Source: Stylophora pistillata | Taxonomy: Eukaryota | Reading direction: 5' to 3' | NCBI RefSeq assembly: GCF_002571385.2 | Contig: NW_019218285.1 | Span: forward strand, 42,560-106,559 | DNA length: 64,000 nt | Part shown: piece by piece, positions 35,901 through 49,493 of the stretch | How the letters are laid out: each line of letters begins with the position of its first letter | Numbering within the stretch: position 1 is the first letter of the stretch | Notes under the pieces: model-generated | What the model was told of the DNA's origin: nothing | What the model saw: only the letters and a program-made list of their open reading frames with translations | Database searches by the model: none | Made by a program: the position numbers and the translations under genes

Positions 35901-38900
35901 NNNNNNNNNNNNNNNNNNNNNNNNNNNNNNNNNNNNNNNNNNNNNNNNNNNNNNNNNNNNNNNNNNNNNNNNNNNNNNNNNNNNNNNNNNNNNNNNNNNN
36001 NNNNNNNNNNNNNNNNNNNNNNNNNNNNNNNNNNNNNNNNNNNNNNNNNNNNNNNNNNNNNNNNNNNNNNNNNNNNNNNNNNNNNNNNNNNNNNNNNNNN
36101 NNNNNNNNNNNNNNNNNNNNNNNNNNACATGAACATGAATAACGCCGGAGACTTGAGCAAAGCCATAGCAAGACAGAGTGGTCCACAAGTGCAACAGGAA
36201 TGCAACCAACTGGGAAAGCAATCTCCTGGAACAGCGGTATTAACCAACGGAGGTAGTTTACAAGTACCTTATATTATTCACATTATTCCTGGCTCTTCAG
36301 ATAAGAAACATCTCCAGCAATGTTTGGAGGAGGGTCTTCGTATTGCGGACACCAATAACTTTCAAGCGATCTCAATTCCATGTGTTGGCACAGGAGGCTA
36401 CGGCTTGACTGGAGCAGACTCAGCGGAACTGACGTTCAAAGCACTAAATGCATTCAGTGTCCGCTGTAAAAGCATTAAAAAGGTGAGGGTGGTTGTGTTT
36501 CAGGCTTCTATGATGCAGGAGTTTCTACGAGAGCAGAAGAAACAACCACTGCAAGATATTGAAGAAGAAGACAGTGATGCAGAGAATGCAGCTGCTAGGC
36601 AAACCAGAAGACTGAGACGTAGGCAGGTACCAGTCCAAGATAATGAAGACTTTGTAAGAATATCTGTGATCGGTAAAGACAAGTTCAGCGTGAAAGGAGC
36701 CTTGAAATCCCTGAAGAGAAAGTTAGGACCCGCTTCAACATCCTGGCCGGGTTATCGAACAACTAGGGGAGCACCTGATACGCTGAAACTGATATCGAAA
36801 GAGACTTGGAGGGAAGATCTAGGTAACAAATTGAATTAGTATAACCTCCACCAGGCAGAAAAAATATGAGGGATTACCTCATAGTACCATCGATGACCTT
36901 GTTACGAGCAATTGTCTCCGTCTCTACTTACAAGATCTCCTCCATCTTTCCCACTAATATGGGAAAAATCAAGGAGAACTTAATCGCAGGGCAATAATTT
37001 GTATAATTATTTTACAGAGAAAAGAACCCAGCGCTACGTCGGGAAATTGGATGCCCAAGTCAGGGCTTTTGAGCTACACCCAAACGCACTCCAATGTCAC
37101 AACATGCCCTTCAGGGAAAGCTGGCTAGATGGAGAACATATATGGAGAGGAGAGAGTAAGGAATTGGGTTGCTTGAGGCGATGAATTCATCATCAATATT
37201 AAGTACAGCCTAACTAATATAATTATTTTTTTACGGAGATTCACTTGTTAACTAAAGCGTTTTACCCCAATGCCACTTGATGACAGAGGAAATGACGTCA
37301 ATGTTCACTTGGTAAAACTCGATAGCTCTTCACCCAAATGTTTCGAAAGAAACTGTGATGCTGTGTTAGTGGGGGTATTACAATATAATTTAGTTTTATA
37401 AACTGAGTTGATAATGCCAATTGGCCACCTTAACGAATTTCTAAAGCTTAGGTTTCGAGAGCGAATGAGCTGACACTAGAAACGTTAGTTCGAAAGGTCA
37501 GCTTTACAAACTCTCAACAGTGGCAATTTACATATCACCTTAGTTCTTAAAAGCGAATTATGTTGTTTTCAATCGAATATGTAGGATAATCAGGCATTGT
37601 TTGATAGTGTCGCTTTGATCTGTTCGCGAGTTATCAGGCAAGAGAGCTCACGCTAACTTAGTTGCAATTTGTCAGTTTCAAGCAATGAACTTATCTTCGA
37701 TAAACTTGTTTGATTAAAATGTTGTACACTTTGTTTGTGGCTAAATAATTAGGATGCCTCGTGAATACCACCACTTTTTTAAAACTCTGATTGCTTTTTC
37801 TTTATCAAACTATCAGAAATAATTCAGATCCAAATGATCAATTGATGTTGGTACAGATACAAGTTCTTAAATCAGGGTTGTCTTTAACGATGACATCCAA
37901 ATGGTAGATTACGAGAAAAAGGTTTGTTGAAAATGCGATCTTTTCATTTTAGTTCTCAGAGAACCCGATGGCAAGGAGAAGAGGTCTGGACGATGCAAAG
38001 GTCTGGACGATGCACAGGTTTCCATTGAACAAGTCCCGGTTTGCAAAAACATCCTTGAAACTGGTTTTTATGAAAATGATCAGTTCATGTTGGTACTATA
38101 CAATAATAATAATAACACTTATATAGCGCTTATTCGTATGCGTTCTAAGCTATTAAATAAGGGTTGTCTATCAGGATGACTTCCAAACGGTAGATTGAGA
38201 GAAAAAGGTTTGTTGAAAATGCGATCTTTTTATTTTAGAATACAGAAAAAAAAAGTCCAGTCTCGAAAAAAGATTAGGTCTGCACTATGCACAGAAGTAC
38301 AAAGGCAAGCAGAAGAGGTCTGGACGATGCAAAGGTCTGGACGATGCACAGGTCTCCATTGAACAAGTGCCGGTCTGCAAGGGCATCCTTGTCACTGGGT
38401 TTTCAGAAAATGTTACCCATGATTTTATTGAACAGTACTTTGAGAGTCCAAGAAACGGTGGGGGTCCAGTGGAGAAGGTTCACTACTTACCTAAAAGTGG
38501 CCGAGCTGTGGTTGTGTTTCAATATAAAAAAGGTTTGTAACTCATCGGTCTTTAAAATATAGCTATTGTCTAATTCCTTCTAGCACAATACCTGACATTC
38601 AAAGCTCAAAAAGTGATGATTACTCGTCCCGACGATTGGTTTTTCTACTATGTCTGAAACACTCAACTGCCCTTAGTCTTTCATCACACTCAAGATTAAC
38701 GGCCATGAAGAGTTGAGAAACGAGAAAATAACTTTCTCCGGGATATTCCTGACACTTAGTTGTTTTAATCAACAGATATGGAAAGGGTGTTAACGAGACA
38801 TGAGGAGAAGCCTCACGTGTTACAACAAACCCAGGTGTCGATTAAAGTTTATCAAGATTTTCTAGAGGTTGAAGAAGTTGATGTAGCAGATGGTTCAGGT

Positions 38901-41900
38901 AACTTAGGAGCGACTGCAACCGGAGCCAGGGAAGCTCGAGTGAGCAAGAAGCACGATCCCAAAACAAAGCAGCTGCACATACCTGTGGATCCAGATGTCA
39001 TGGAATACATCAATTCCACAGGTTTCCAAGCTGAACTGAACAATTTGATGGCAGTAAAGAAAAGCGAAATCACCTGGAAAGCCAACAACAAAATGGCTGT
39101 AATAGTATACCGTGGGGGAGAAGAGAGCGATTCCTGGCAATCTGAATGCGTTGACAAGATGCAAAGTTACCTCGGCAAGTTTGCAAAGTGCGATGTGCAG
39201 GTCAGCAAGGATTTCTGGGAAGCTGTGGTAGCTAAAGTTCCCAGCATTCGCGCCTGCTTGGGAGTTGTTCCCCCGCTGGTCAAGACTATTCCAGATTCAA
39301 ATGTGGCTAGGATCGTTTCATTAGGAACAGATGTGAAAAGTAACGAGGAAAAGGTGAAGTCTAAGTTAGAAGAAATCTACCGCGAGGAAACCAGAAAAAC
39401 TTACTTAAAGAAGAAAATTCCAAATGTTCCGCAGAAGGGCTTAAATTTCCTGAAGAAAATAAAAATTGCTGAGAAACTTCAAGAAAAGAACAAGGAGTTG
39501 GAGATCAAGTTCGATGGTTAAGCTGAAGAATTATATTTGGAAGGTCCCCAGCAACAGGTTACGGAGGCAGCCAAGAAGTTCTTTACACAAATCACTGACA
39601 CGGTTGAAAAGAAACTTACTTTATCTGCCAGCTTCTTGGAGATTTTAAACACAGATGAAGGGCTTCAGACTGTAAAACGTGAGTTGGAAAGAAACAACCT
39701 GGAAGCAGTGTTCGTTATTGAGAAAGATGCCACCATAGTGGGATCATCAGCAGCGCATGCAGACAACGCGGCGAGGCTCGTGAACAAATTAATGCTGGAA
39801 GAGAAAGTTCAAGTGGACGAGAAAAGCAAGCATTTGTTGAAGTCAGCTGAGTGGCTGAAATTGTGCGACGAATTGAACCAAACGGCTGTTCGTGTCCATA
39901 GAAATAGCTGGAACGATACATATGTAACCGGGTTCCGAGATGACGTCACCGAAGTGATCAAGAAGTTTAATACCTTCCTCGAAAACAATTGCATCAGGAA
40001 GGAACGTTTTGTGTGTGAGTCTGATATTCAGCGGAGGTATCTTCTTGAGCTACGTCAAGATGATCTGCGTACTATACAAGGTAAACTGAAAGATTTTGGA
40101 GTGAAGATTGAAAAAGGAAAAGGCTATGATGATTTTGTCATTTCTGGAAACAGAGAGGGTTTGAAACGTTTAAGAAAGGAGATCGGCGCTGTGATAAATG
40201 CCACTGAGTCGAAAACCTTTGAGGTGAAACAGCCAGGCCTTCGAAAATACTTTGATAGTGGAAAAGGAGATCGGCTGGTGAAATCAGTAGAAAAAGACCA
40301 AGATTGTGCCATAAAAGTCCAGAAAAATATAGGTCGAGGAAGGGTGGACGAGGAGGTGCACCTCCAATCCGTATCCGATGGTTCTACTTCTTCATGCGAC
40401 AGTGAAGATGATGCTGAGGATGACCAAGCTATCACTGTTGGAACTGACGCGTCCACCCTTGTAATTGCCCAAAAGCACAGAGTGTCGTGGAAATCTGGAA
40501 AAATAGAGGCAGAGAAGGTAAGATTGTCACTGTTTTCTTCGCACCAGGAAGATATAACATGAAAATACGTTAGAGGATACGGTTGGCATAGTTACGTAGT
40601 TTGGTTCTTCAATAAGCTCTCACGCGCTCATAGATTGTGGTTCCATGATTGAGTAACTTCTGTCTTGTTGGGAGTGCGAAGTCTGATAACGATAATAATC
40701 TGCCATATCGAAGAAGTAAACAAATTAATAACATTAATTTTTACCGTGTATTGCAGGCGGACGTACTTGTCAGTTCTCAAGGAGCATGCGATGAAGCAAT
40801 CATTAAAGCCGGTGGTCCTCAGGGCGTAACTCCTAAAGTTGGTGACATCGCTGTCTCAGGTGGTTTTTCCTCGGTCAGTCACGTGATTCACACCAACTGT
40901 TGTAAGTGGAACAACGGCGGAGGGGAACCGGTACGAAACAATGAAGTGTGACCCGTAAATGTTATTAAATACGTGTATAAGTGTTCACTTTCGAGGGAAA
41001 GTACCTCTTTAAAATGAATTGACGAGTACTTATTACTTCATTCGATGAAAGCCTTGACAATATCGGATGCCCAAGTGGCGAAGCCTATCCATTATCTTGT
41101 AGGATAAAGCAACTGATGACCCTCTAGCCTTGATTTAATGTTCTTTCCGATGTAGGTTATCCTCACGCATTCTGTTGGGTTTATGACGCCGAAGCAATCT
41201 CAGGAAGAAAGCCTCACCCCTTACCGAATTCTTCGAGAATAATCAATCGAATGTATAACGAGAAGATTTTTGCATACAGTAACTTTCAAATTGTATATGT
41301 GAGCATCCTTGTTAGAAATTTTGAATAATTAGTAAGACAAAGATCTTTCAAGGAGAAAACAAATGTGGTTCTATTCCAAAGGTTATTGCCGAGAGGTTTC
41401 ATCCAAACATTCTTGATCTTGATCCCAAAAGAAAATAGTATATGTGTGAACATCCTAGAAGGCACTCTCTTATCATCCTTTGGAAAGTTTTAGTAAAATT
41501 AAACTTTGATCTTTGGATAACAGATTCAAGGCCCCAGTAATTTGAAAGTTGGATTACGCTATCCACTGGTTAAATCTTTATCCAAGCACGTTTTGCTATC
41601 CTTGCACGTTTTGCTATCGATTGCTATCGATTTGTGATCGACGCAGCACATTTTGCCATCGATTATCCGCTGGATAGCAATGTATCCGTTGGATAGTGCT
41701 ATCTGTCCTTCATATAAGTGGAGCTTGGAGTCTCTCAGGAGTGACCACTGAGTGTTTTTCCTTTCATTATCAATGAATCATCAGCCAGAAAGGTGATCGG
41801 AAGACAGGACAAAATATCAACAAGGGAATATTGCATGACTTAACGCCAAATTCTGACGGCCACATTTATGCAAAGTGTACATAGGACAGTCTAGAGAGTT

Positions 41901-44900
41901 ACTATTGCGATTGTATAGGAGTGACAGGATTAACTAGATCCCCTATTGCCACCACATTATTTATTCAACGACTTCTATTTCATCTTTTGTAGACGCTACG
42001 GGCCATCGTACAAAAGTGCCTGCAAACAGGCGAATCGCTTGGAGTGAATTCCATTGCATTTCCAATCATTGGAACAGGAAACTTACACTTCCCACGCGAT
42101 ACAGCCTCAAGAATCATGTTGGATGAAACTGTTATTTTCTGCCGATCTAACCTTGCTTCTAATTTACGGGACATCCGATTTGTCGTGTTTAACCAAGATC
42201 AAGCGTTAACTGCTGCCTTCAAACAAGAGATGGACAAACTGCAACCCCAGCATATTGGCCACTCCGCCATCAAAGCTGAAGCAAGAGGAATAGGTTCCTT
42301 CTTTGGAAGAGAGAAAACAGTGGTAACATCGGGTGTTGGTATCGAAGTTTTGCAGGGTGACTTGTGCCAGGAGACTTCCGACGCCATTGTGAATATAACA
42401 AGTAAAGACTTGAATATGGACACTGCAGGAAAGTTGAGTAAGGAAGTGAAACGACGTGGTGGTCAACAGATACAGGATGAGTTGAATCAGTTCGGAAAGC
42501 AATCGGGTGGAACTGCATTGATTACCAGCGGTGGAAACCTACCTGCACCAAACATTATTCATTTAATACCGGACACCAACAATAAAGACCACTTCCAACA
42601 GTGCGTAGAAAGATGTCTTCAGCTGGCAGAGAAGCAAAGTCTTCGATCCATTTCTATCCCCGCACTTGGCACTGGAGCTTATGGTATGTCTGCAATGGAC
42701 TCAGCCAGTTTGAAATTTAAGGCCCTTACAAACTTTAGCGCTAGCTTCCGTACCCTTCGCAAGATCAGGATTGTAATCTACGAGGCTCCAATGATGATGG
42801 CATTTCAGCAAGCACATCAAAGGAACTCGTTTTCTTCACAAGCAGGTGTGGTTCAGCGCATGCACTTCCATAGTCCCTTCAAAGTTGAGGTGACAAATGG
42901 CGATTTGACTCAAGAGAATAGCACCGAGGCTATCATGAATATTATCAGCGCGTACATGAACATGAATAACGCCGGAGACTTGAGCAAAGCCATAGCAAGA
43001 CAGAGTGGTCCACAAGTGCAACAGGAATGCAACCAACTGGGAAAGCAATCTCCTGGAACAGCGGTATTAACCAACGGAGGTAGTTTACAAGTACCTTATA
43101 TTATTCACATTATTCCTGGCTCTTCAGATAAGAAACATCTCCAGCAATGTTTGGAGGAGGGTCTTCGTATTGCGGACACCAATAACTTTCAAGCGATCTC
43201 AATTCCATGTGTTGGCACAGGAGGCTACGGCTTGACTGGAGCAGACTCAGCCCAACTGACGTTCAAAGCACTAAATGCATTCAGTGTCCGCTGTAAAAGC
43301 ATTAAAAAGGTGAGGGTGGTTGTGTTCCAGGCTTCTATGATACAGGAGTTTCTACAAGAGCAGAAGAAACAACCAGTGCGAGATGTTGAAGAAGAAGACA
43401 GTGACTCGGAGAATGCAGCAGCTGGGCAAACCAGAAGACTGAGACGTAGGCAGGTACCAGCCCAAGATAGTGAAGACTTTGTAAGAATATCTGTGATCGG
43501 CAAAGACAAGTTCAGCGCGGAGAAAGCCGTGGAATCCTTGAAGAAAGGTTTTTCTGATGCTTGTACAATGGAAAAAGTTGAAAGTGAAGTCGTCAGTCAG
43601 CTTTCCGATAAACAGAAAGATGCCCTGAGAAAAAAAGCGAAAGACCGCGACGTCAAACTTGAAATTGAGGACGGCGTGAACTGCATTGTCGTCCGTGGTG
43701 AACCAACCCAAGCATCTGGAATGGTCGGGGAGATCTGGAAAGAGATCAATGAGAGGACCAAGAAGAAGCAAGAAGAAGAACAGGCGAAGTTGGTTTCAAA
43801 GAACATAGAGTGGAGCTATGAAATGCATGGCGCAAAAGAGGCGTTTGATCCGAAAGCAAATGGTAAGATTGAGTTGGCCTACAGGAAAGAAGAGCCCACG
43901 GCGCAGGTTTTTCTACTCGGAGACAAGTTTGTCATCGACTTGAAGAAAAACTCTGGGCGTGGACAAACGTCTGGTGAACAAATAACACTGTCAAGAAAGG
44001 TTATTGGTACTGGTGAAGGTTAGTTGCTATACATTTTCTTTTATAACTTATTTTGACATAGATTCACTTTTTAACTAAAGCATTTTGCCTCGAAGGAATT
44101 ATTTTTCCCAAAAACTGGACGCCAATGCCAAATGATGACAGAAAAAAAGAGGTCAGTGTTCACTTGGTAACACTAGCTAGCTTTTCACCCGAGTACAAGA
44201 AGGTTATGGATCAAGTTTTGGACCTTGTTCGTTCAGTTGACATCGTGAGCATAGAACGAGTACAAAATCCTTATCTGTATCGGGCCTACCAGTTACTGAA
44301 GCAAAAGATGGAAACTGAGAATGGAGAAAGCAACGAGCGACAATTGTTCCATGGCACAAATCCTGACAACGTACAGAAAATAAATCAATCAGGGTTCGAC
44401 TGGAGATTCTCGGGACATATGCACGGTGAGCATCTCCAATAGATTTGCATTACTCAGTTGATATGTTAGTCCTGAGACTTTAGTGAACTGATGCTACTTT
44501 TGGAACATCTTTCTATCAGCAAAGATAGAAGTGGTTAGAGTTTTGAACTTAAATTGTCTTTTCTACACTATATGTTAAAACTAATTTTGCATCGTCTACC
44601 CTTTTCATACCAGCACAAGGCATCGTACATAACCCAGGTAAAGACCCATTGACCATAACAATGTTTCTCTCGAAAGTTTCTTTTTAATAAGAGCTGGTGA
44701 AACAATGTTATGCGTTCTTCCTTCAAAATTCCTTGGCAAGCCATTTTTTTAAACAAGAGGTCTTCGATGTCAAGGAAAAACCTTTATCGAGGACAAAATT
44801 TTCCCAGCGTTACTTATTTCACAAAGATCAGTGCTTGTCAAAGTAATTGTGCAGAGCTTACCGGAATGGAACTCCGACAACATTATATCCTAAGCTTTGA

Positions 44901-45721
44901 CAAATTTTCTTAACAAATTTTCTTTGTCCAGAGAAAGTTTGCAATTATGGGATGAACGGATAAAATTTAATAATTGTAAAAATTGACTGGAGGGGTTTGC
45001 TTGGATTTAATAGTGGCTCTTCCACGGCTTAGCTTCTCGTTCACTGTCCTCCAGGTAAAAATTGGAGTTTGCAGTTTTGGTTTTTCGGAGAGGGGAATAC
45101 TGGAAAACCCTGGCGAAAACCCATTGAGTCAGGAAGAAAACCACACAAAACGGTCGGGAATCGGAAACAGGCCACAACCACTGTTACCTTACGTCATCTC
45201 TTCCCTTCCCCTTGATAGTTAAATCATTGTGTAACTTCAAAAAAAAACTTTAGGAACTAGCTCCTAAAGATATATCCTCAAGCTTAGCTAACTAAACTGG
45301 AGTCTAGTGTTTAGGACTCTAAAATAAATGAGAAGAATGTTTCACTACAGGCTGCGTGTCCTCCAAGCAATATTAATACAAGTTGGACCGAAAATGACAT
45401 CAATTTGCACTTGACTATTTTTCAGGAGCTAAGTATGGTGCTGGAGTTTACTTTGCCAGAGATGCCTCTTATTCCATACATTACGCAACTCAACCCAGTG
45501 TTGGCACTCATCGAGTTATGTATCTTGCCCGGGTCCTATTGGGTCAATATTGCAAAGGCGAAGAAAGTATGAGAAAACCTCCCCCCAGAGATCCCGCGTC
45601 TCCCGAGATTCTATTTGACTCCACGGTGGACAATTTGTCTAAACCTTCAATTTTTGTCGTGTACCAGGACAGCCAGTGTTACCCAGAATATCTTATCACT
45701 TTCTATAAAGCAGGACAATGA
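17916..45721 (+). CDS. PARP14-like macro-PARP (CUE-like x3, Pro/Ser-rich, RRMs, KH-like region, 3 macrodomains, WWE, ART catalytic domain); internally duplicated, with one in-frame TAA
   Basis: Phase-compatible GT-AG exons: 17916-18177, 31029-31454, 31785-33245, [33891-34124 and 34700-gap] or [38239-38532 and 38776-40517], 40757-40930, 41993-44018, 44096-44425, 45426-45721. Motifs: YFESPRNGGGPV (RRM); SIAFPIIGTG, SISIPALGTG and AISIPCVGTG (macro); WSYE...VIDL (WWE); RQLFHGT, YGAGVYFA and PSIFVVY..QCYPEYLITF (ART). TAA at 39519-39521 where the sister exon has GAA. Exact exon joining is inferred. Confidence 0.8.
18386..19490 (+). pseudogene. Degenerate Pro/Ser-rich tandem-repeat exon of the macro-PARP
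   Basis: Imperfect ~55-bp units (ccttcacagtccagcaaac...ccaccaaaaccacaatc). The 3' part is homologous to 32430-32640 (PPVAPKPQSTRS). Stops and frameshifts occur in each frame tested. Confidence 0.65.
19818..26994 (+). mobile_element. Degenerate Gypsy/Ty3 LTR retrotransposon
   Basis: 5' LTR 19818-19947 and 3' LTR 26854-26994 (TG...CA, diverged), 5-bp TSD TCCAT, PBS TGGTGTCAGGAGTGG (tRNA-Leu type), PPT aaaggggaaga. Contains a gag CCHC knuckle, protease DTGS, RT RMPFGISSAPE/IADD and an integrase C-terminal remnant. Many stops; RNaseH/integrase partly deleted. Confidence 0.93.
22701..26468 (+). mobile_element. CR1/L2-clade LINE nested in the Gypsy integrase region, with a duplicated 3' segment and antisense LINE fragments
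   Basis: RT motifs IDFKKAFD, GVPQGSVLGP and MFAGD(DT); (TATG)n tail at ~26435-26468. The Gypsy frame CKKMIG|PRSY resumes after it. 23371-~24400 is nearly identical to 25121-~26150. Confidence 0.85.
28242..30433. mobile_element. Foldback/MITE-type element with ~200-bp imperfect terminal inverted repeats
   Basis: 28242-~28460 is the reverse complement of ~30230-30433 (aaagcgcaaaagaaagcaagctcgtatcaatt / aattgatacgagcttgctttcttttgcgct). No coding capacity seen; TSD unclear. Confidence 0.72.
33891..37335 (+). pseudogene. Truncated internal duplicate of the macro-PARP (RRM exon, KH-like exon, gap, third macrodomain, remnant of the catalytic-exon start)
   Basis: 34700-35479 matches 38776-39551 and 36127-36690 matches 42955-43520. 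The frame runs into unrelated DNA at ~36720. 37240-37335 resembles 44060-44190 and joins directly to a copy of the intron at 33280. Confidence 0.75.
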
Positions 45722-46863
45722 AACAATGAAGAGAGGATTCTTAAATTAGCGAGGCGGTTTCACTCATCTCCAAAGTATGAAAAGTAATCTCACTGGTAGA
45801 CTCTTTACATTTTTTACAGCTACGAATTCTGAACACGTTGCTTAAAAACAGTGCAATAGGAAGGTCACGATAAAGGCAACATCATGATACACCAAGCAGC
45901 CGTTGATTAAAAGACATAACTTAGTTTGTAAGCGCAATTTCTAGTACCCTCAGGGATAAGGATTTTTGGATTCTCTTGTTTTTAAGGCAATCTAAGTTGG
46001 GTCTAAGTTCGATCGGAACGTTAAAATAATTTTTTTTCTTGTTTGAACTCTCCACAATATAACATAAGCTTAGAATAAAACCTGTTAGCGCTAAAAAGAT
46101 TTTTGTTTTGTCCGTTGCTCAGCTGTGTCAGCGACTGACGTATTATGGTTTTCCTCACGCTGAGAAGAGCTTAAAAGTCATTTCCTTGTTAAGCATTTTA
46201 TTCAGCTCGCTTCAATTTTTCCTTAAAATAATTCCCTTACCGTACCAAGGTGAGATTGACCGGCTTGTTTCAAACGTAACAAACGACATTTGTTCAGCAT
46301 TGTAATAAAAGCGGTGAGATGACTGAGAAACAGCTGTCAGATGCAAGAAGCTTAAATAAACACATTTTTCTTTGATTCAGATTCAAATAACTTGGCAATA
46401 ATCTTTATTAATCTCAGGCAGGACCTGACTACATTTTAAAAACTAACTCGATACGCCCTGAATATCAATTTCAAAATGCAATTGCGTGCTCTCAGCTCTT
46501 TTGAATTTAAAGAGCAAGATGAAAGATTTCTTTGTGCACAGGGTACAATTCAAGCCTCTTGCTTCCTTCACAACCAGCTTAACGTTTTTCATTGTAAATA
46601 TTATATTTTTGTTCTCATTTTGATATTGTCAACTTAACTGAGAGTTGCTAATGAAGAAAACACTCTGATCAGCACCTGCTATCAGATAAAATGCGAAACA
46701 ACCGACATATTTATCTCGCGCTCCTTTCGCACGTTTCTCTCGCGCGTGACGCAAGAGTGACCTGTTCCCCGCGCGAGGAAACTAGTGCTAGCCACCTTAA
46801 GTTTAAATTGAACCTTTAGAGAAGAAAAACAGTTCACTTACGACTTAACAGAGAGAGTTTAAA

Positions 46864-48530
46864 TTACAGAGCAGAACTCGTTGATAAAACTGTTCCAAAT
46901 CGATCGCACCGATCACTCGAAGAGTCACAGCTATAATTTCTCTTCCTGTTCCCTTTTAATCTCAAGGAACATAATTTTTTGAAGGCCTTCCGAAATGATG
47001 GATACCTCAATCCATAAACGACTGGGTTACAAACCGAGTTGGCAAACCCAACCCACATTGCCGTCACTCGGGGACATTTCGAGGAACCTTCATAGGACCA
47101 GCGATTTTTCCGTAAGTACCGGCCGTGTAAAATGGCGTATAACAGAGAAGGAATATCCCAACAACCAAAGCGAAAGTCCCAGCTGATTTTATTTCGCGCT
47201 TCAACGAGTGTATTTCGACTGTTCTCGACGTGTGTTGTCGTTCGCTTTCCACGCACATGTCCGCGGACGATTCGCGCAGGCTTCGTTCGACTCTACTCAG
47301 CTGTCTTGCTTGTAAAGACGGTTTTGAAGACAACAACGTTGGAGAAGAAAATGATTCCAAATGGTAAAATAACAAATAGTCCCACAATAAAGAGAATATA
47401 CATGGAATTTTGAGGAGTCACGGTTTAAGTAACTTGAGCAACCGTAAGTATCCGCTCGGTACTCTGCAAAGTCAGCTAGCGGTATATTTAAAATGATACT
47501 TACTGACAGTTCTTGTGACTATAAATTGATAACAAAGTGGTTTCTGGATGGCTATGTTGTGAGGTAAAGTTGGAAGTTGCTATTTTGAGACTTTTCAGAT
47601 AAGTTTTGCTTTTTGTTTTGTTAAGCCTTGCTTTTTGCGCCTACGTGTTACTTTGGTAGATTTCTAGTTTTGATCTTTTATTTTTAGTGTGTGCTTGAAC
47701 TTGCATGTTGGCTCAGTTCGCGGATTTCTTTCTTACCGTGCTAGACATTTTAATCACTTGTTATGGTTGAGAATAATTAGTTTCATAGGTGGTCATGTTT
47801 GGGTTGGTAAAACTGACCTTAGTTTTACCCACACTGAAGATCCTGTTTGTGCACGTGATTCTCTAACACAGCTCGATCATTGGCGTTTAATTGGTTCCTC
47901 GGTGCTCGCCAAGTACTTCCGGTCGGAGCGAGCCACCCAATTTCCCTATTTGCAAAACAACGAATACACTATGGAAACTCCCACGGTAAGCTAACCCAAA
48001 CATGTCTGTGATTTTTGTACTTAATACGTGGGCACTCCTTGCTAAAAGTAGAAAGAGCAAAAAAAAAAAAAAAAAAAAAAAAAAGAAAAGATCTGAAACG
48101 TTGTAGTGGGAGAGAATAAAATGGAGAAGAGTCTTGGTACTTCTCGTTAAAAATCAAGCGAGTTGCTAAACCTCCCAACAGCTTTGTAGCGATCAACACT
48201 TAGCAAACACATATGAAGAATGGAAATAAACGATAACGTGAGGCCAACGGAGGCGATAGCACGACAACAAAACTTGCCAAAAATCCACTCTCCGATGGCA
48301 GTAGTGGTGGCGTTAAGAACCATTATGATCACCTTTGTCAAATCAGTCAGCCCTAAGCTAAGCAAGATGAAATTCGTGTTTTTTCGTAGATGGCGGAATT
48401 TCCCCACCGAGATACAGATTAAACCGTTCCTTACAATTGTAGTTTTTATGATAAATGTAAACATGATCATCTAAGCGACAATTTTGACAGTCCCGTCCTT
48501 TTCAGCATCGTTCGTTTTTCCGTTCAACAT
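46864..48530 (-). pseudogene. Pseudogenised duplicate of the class A GPCR
   Basis: CAG>TAG at 48473-48471, a solo-LTR insertion just after the DRY codons, a TM4 deletion and several frameshifts relative to 3963-5030. Confidence 0.93.
47555..48180. mobile_element. Solo LTR (626 bp) inside the GPCR pseudogene
   Basis: TGTTGTGAGG...CCTCCCAACA termini, 4-bp TSD GCTA/GCTT and an internal AATAAA. The empty site is in copy 1 at ~4684. Confidence 0.85.
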
Positions 48531-48801
48531 TTTAGCAGTCTAAACAGCCCCCTTCCAAAAGATTTCTAATCAGCTTGCCTCTTATCTTGTGATGCTTTGA
48601 CCTGGTGGGAAATCTATTTGCAACTGACGAATCACAGGTCACAAAGGCACAATATGAGTAAAACAGTTTTCATTTTGGTAATTTCCATGTACCAATTTTA
48701 TCCCGGTAAACACCTGCTAACGAACGCGAGTTAAATAAATCATCGTTATAGAAACTGAAATGTTCGGCTAATATCTTGTGTTTCCCCTTTGGAACAGCTT
48801 A

Positions 48802-49348
48802 TGGAGGCGCGGTGGCCTCATGGTTAGAGCCCCGGCCCGGACATTGTGTTGTGTTCTTAGGAAAGACACTTTACTCTCACAGTGCCTCTCTTCACCCAGG
48901 TGTATAAATGGGTACCGGCAATTTAATGCTGGGGGTAACCCTGCGATGGACTGGCATCCCATCCAGGGGGGAGTAGAAATACTCCTAGTCGCTTCATGCT
49001 ACAGAAACCGGAGTTAAGCACCGGCCTAATGGGCCACTAGGCTCGTAAACAGANGTGGAGGCGCGGTGGCCTCATGGTTAGTGCGCTCGACTCCGGATCG
49101 AGTGGTCCGGGTTCGAGCCCCGGCCGGGACATTGTGTTGTGTTCTTAGGCAAGACACTTTACTCTCACAGTGCCTCTCTTCACCCAGGTGTATAAATGGG
49201 TACCGGCAATTTAATGCTGGGGGTAACCCTGCGATGGACTGGCATCCCATCCAGGGGGGAGTAGAAATACTCCTAGTCGCTTCATGCTACAGAAACCGGA
49301 GTTAAGCACCGGCCTAATGGGCCACTAGGCTCGTAAACAGATTTTATC
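48802..49348 (+). mobile_element. tRNA-derived SINE, two tandem copies
   Basis: Head GGTGGCCTCATGGTTAG...GGTTCGAGCCC (A/B boxes) and a 14-bp TSD tttggaacagctta. Absent from copy 1 (~5300). A single N separates the two copies. Confidence 0.85.
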
Positions 49349-49493
49349 TTTGGAACAGCTTACATCCAAGCTAAGTATCCAAAACTTTTGCTTGAAAAAC
49401 AAACAACAGCTTACAAAATAACGCGAATACCACTAAACCTTTAAAATTTTTCTTTCAGTTCGACCGGTGTTACGGTAACAAAAGTCCTTCTAT

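Larger units (their letters stand above)
3305..46107. repeat. Segmental tandem duplication, unit 1 (GPCR + EFG1 + macro-PARP)
   Basis: Sequence from 3305 (ttgtccgttgctcagctgtgtcagcgact) is colinear with sequence from 46108, including introns and intergenic DNA, at least to the PARP first exon (17916 vs 61027). Confidence 0.92.
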
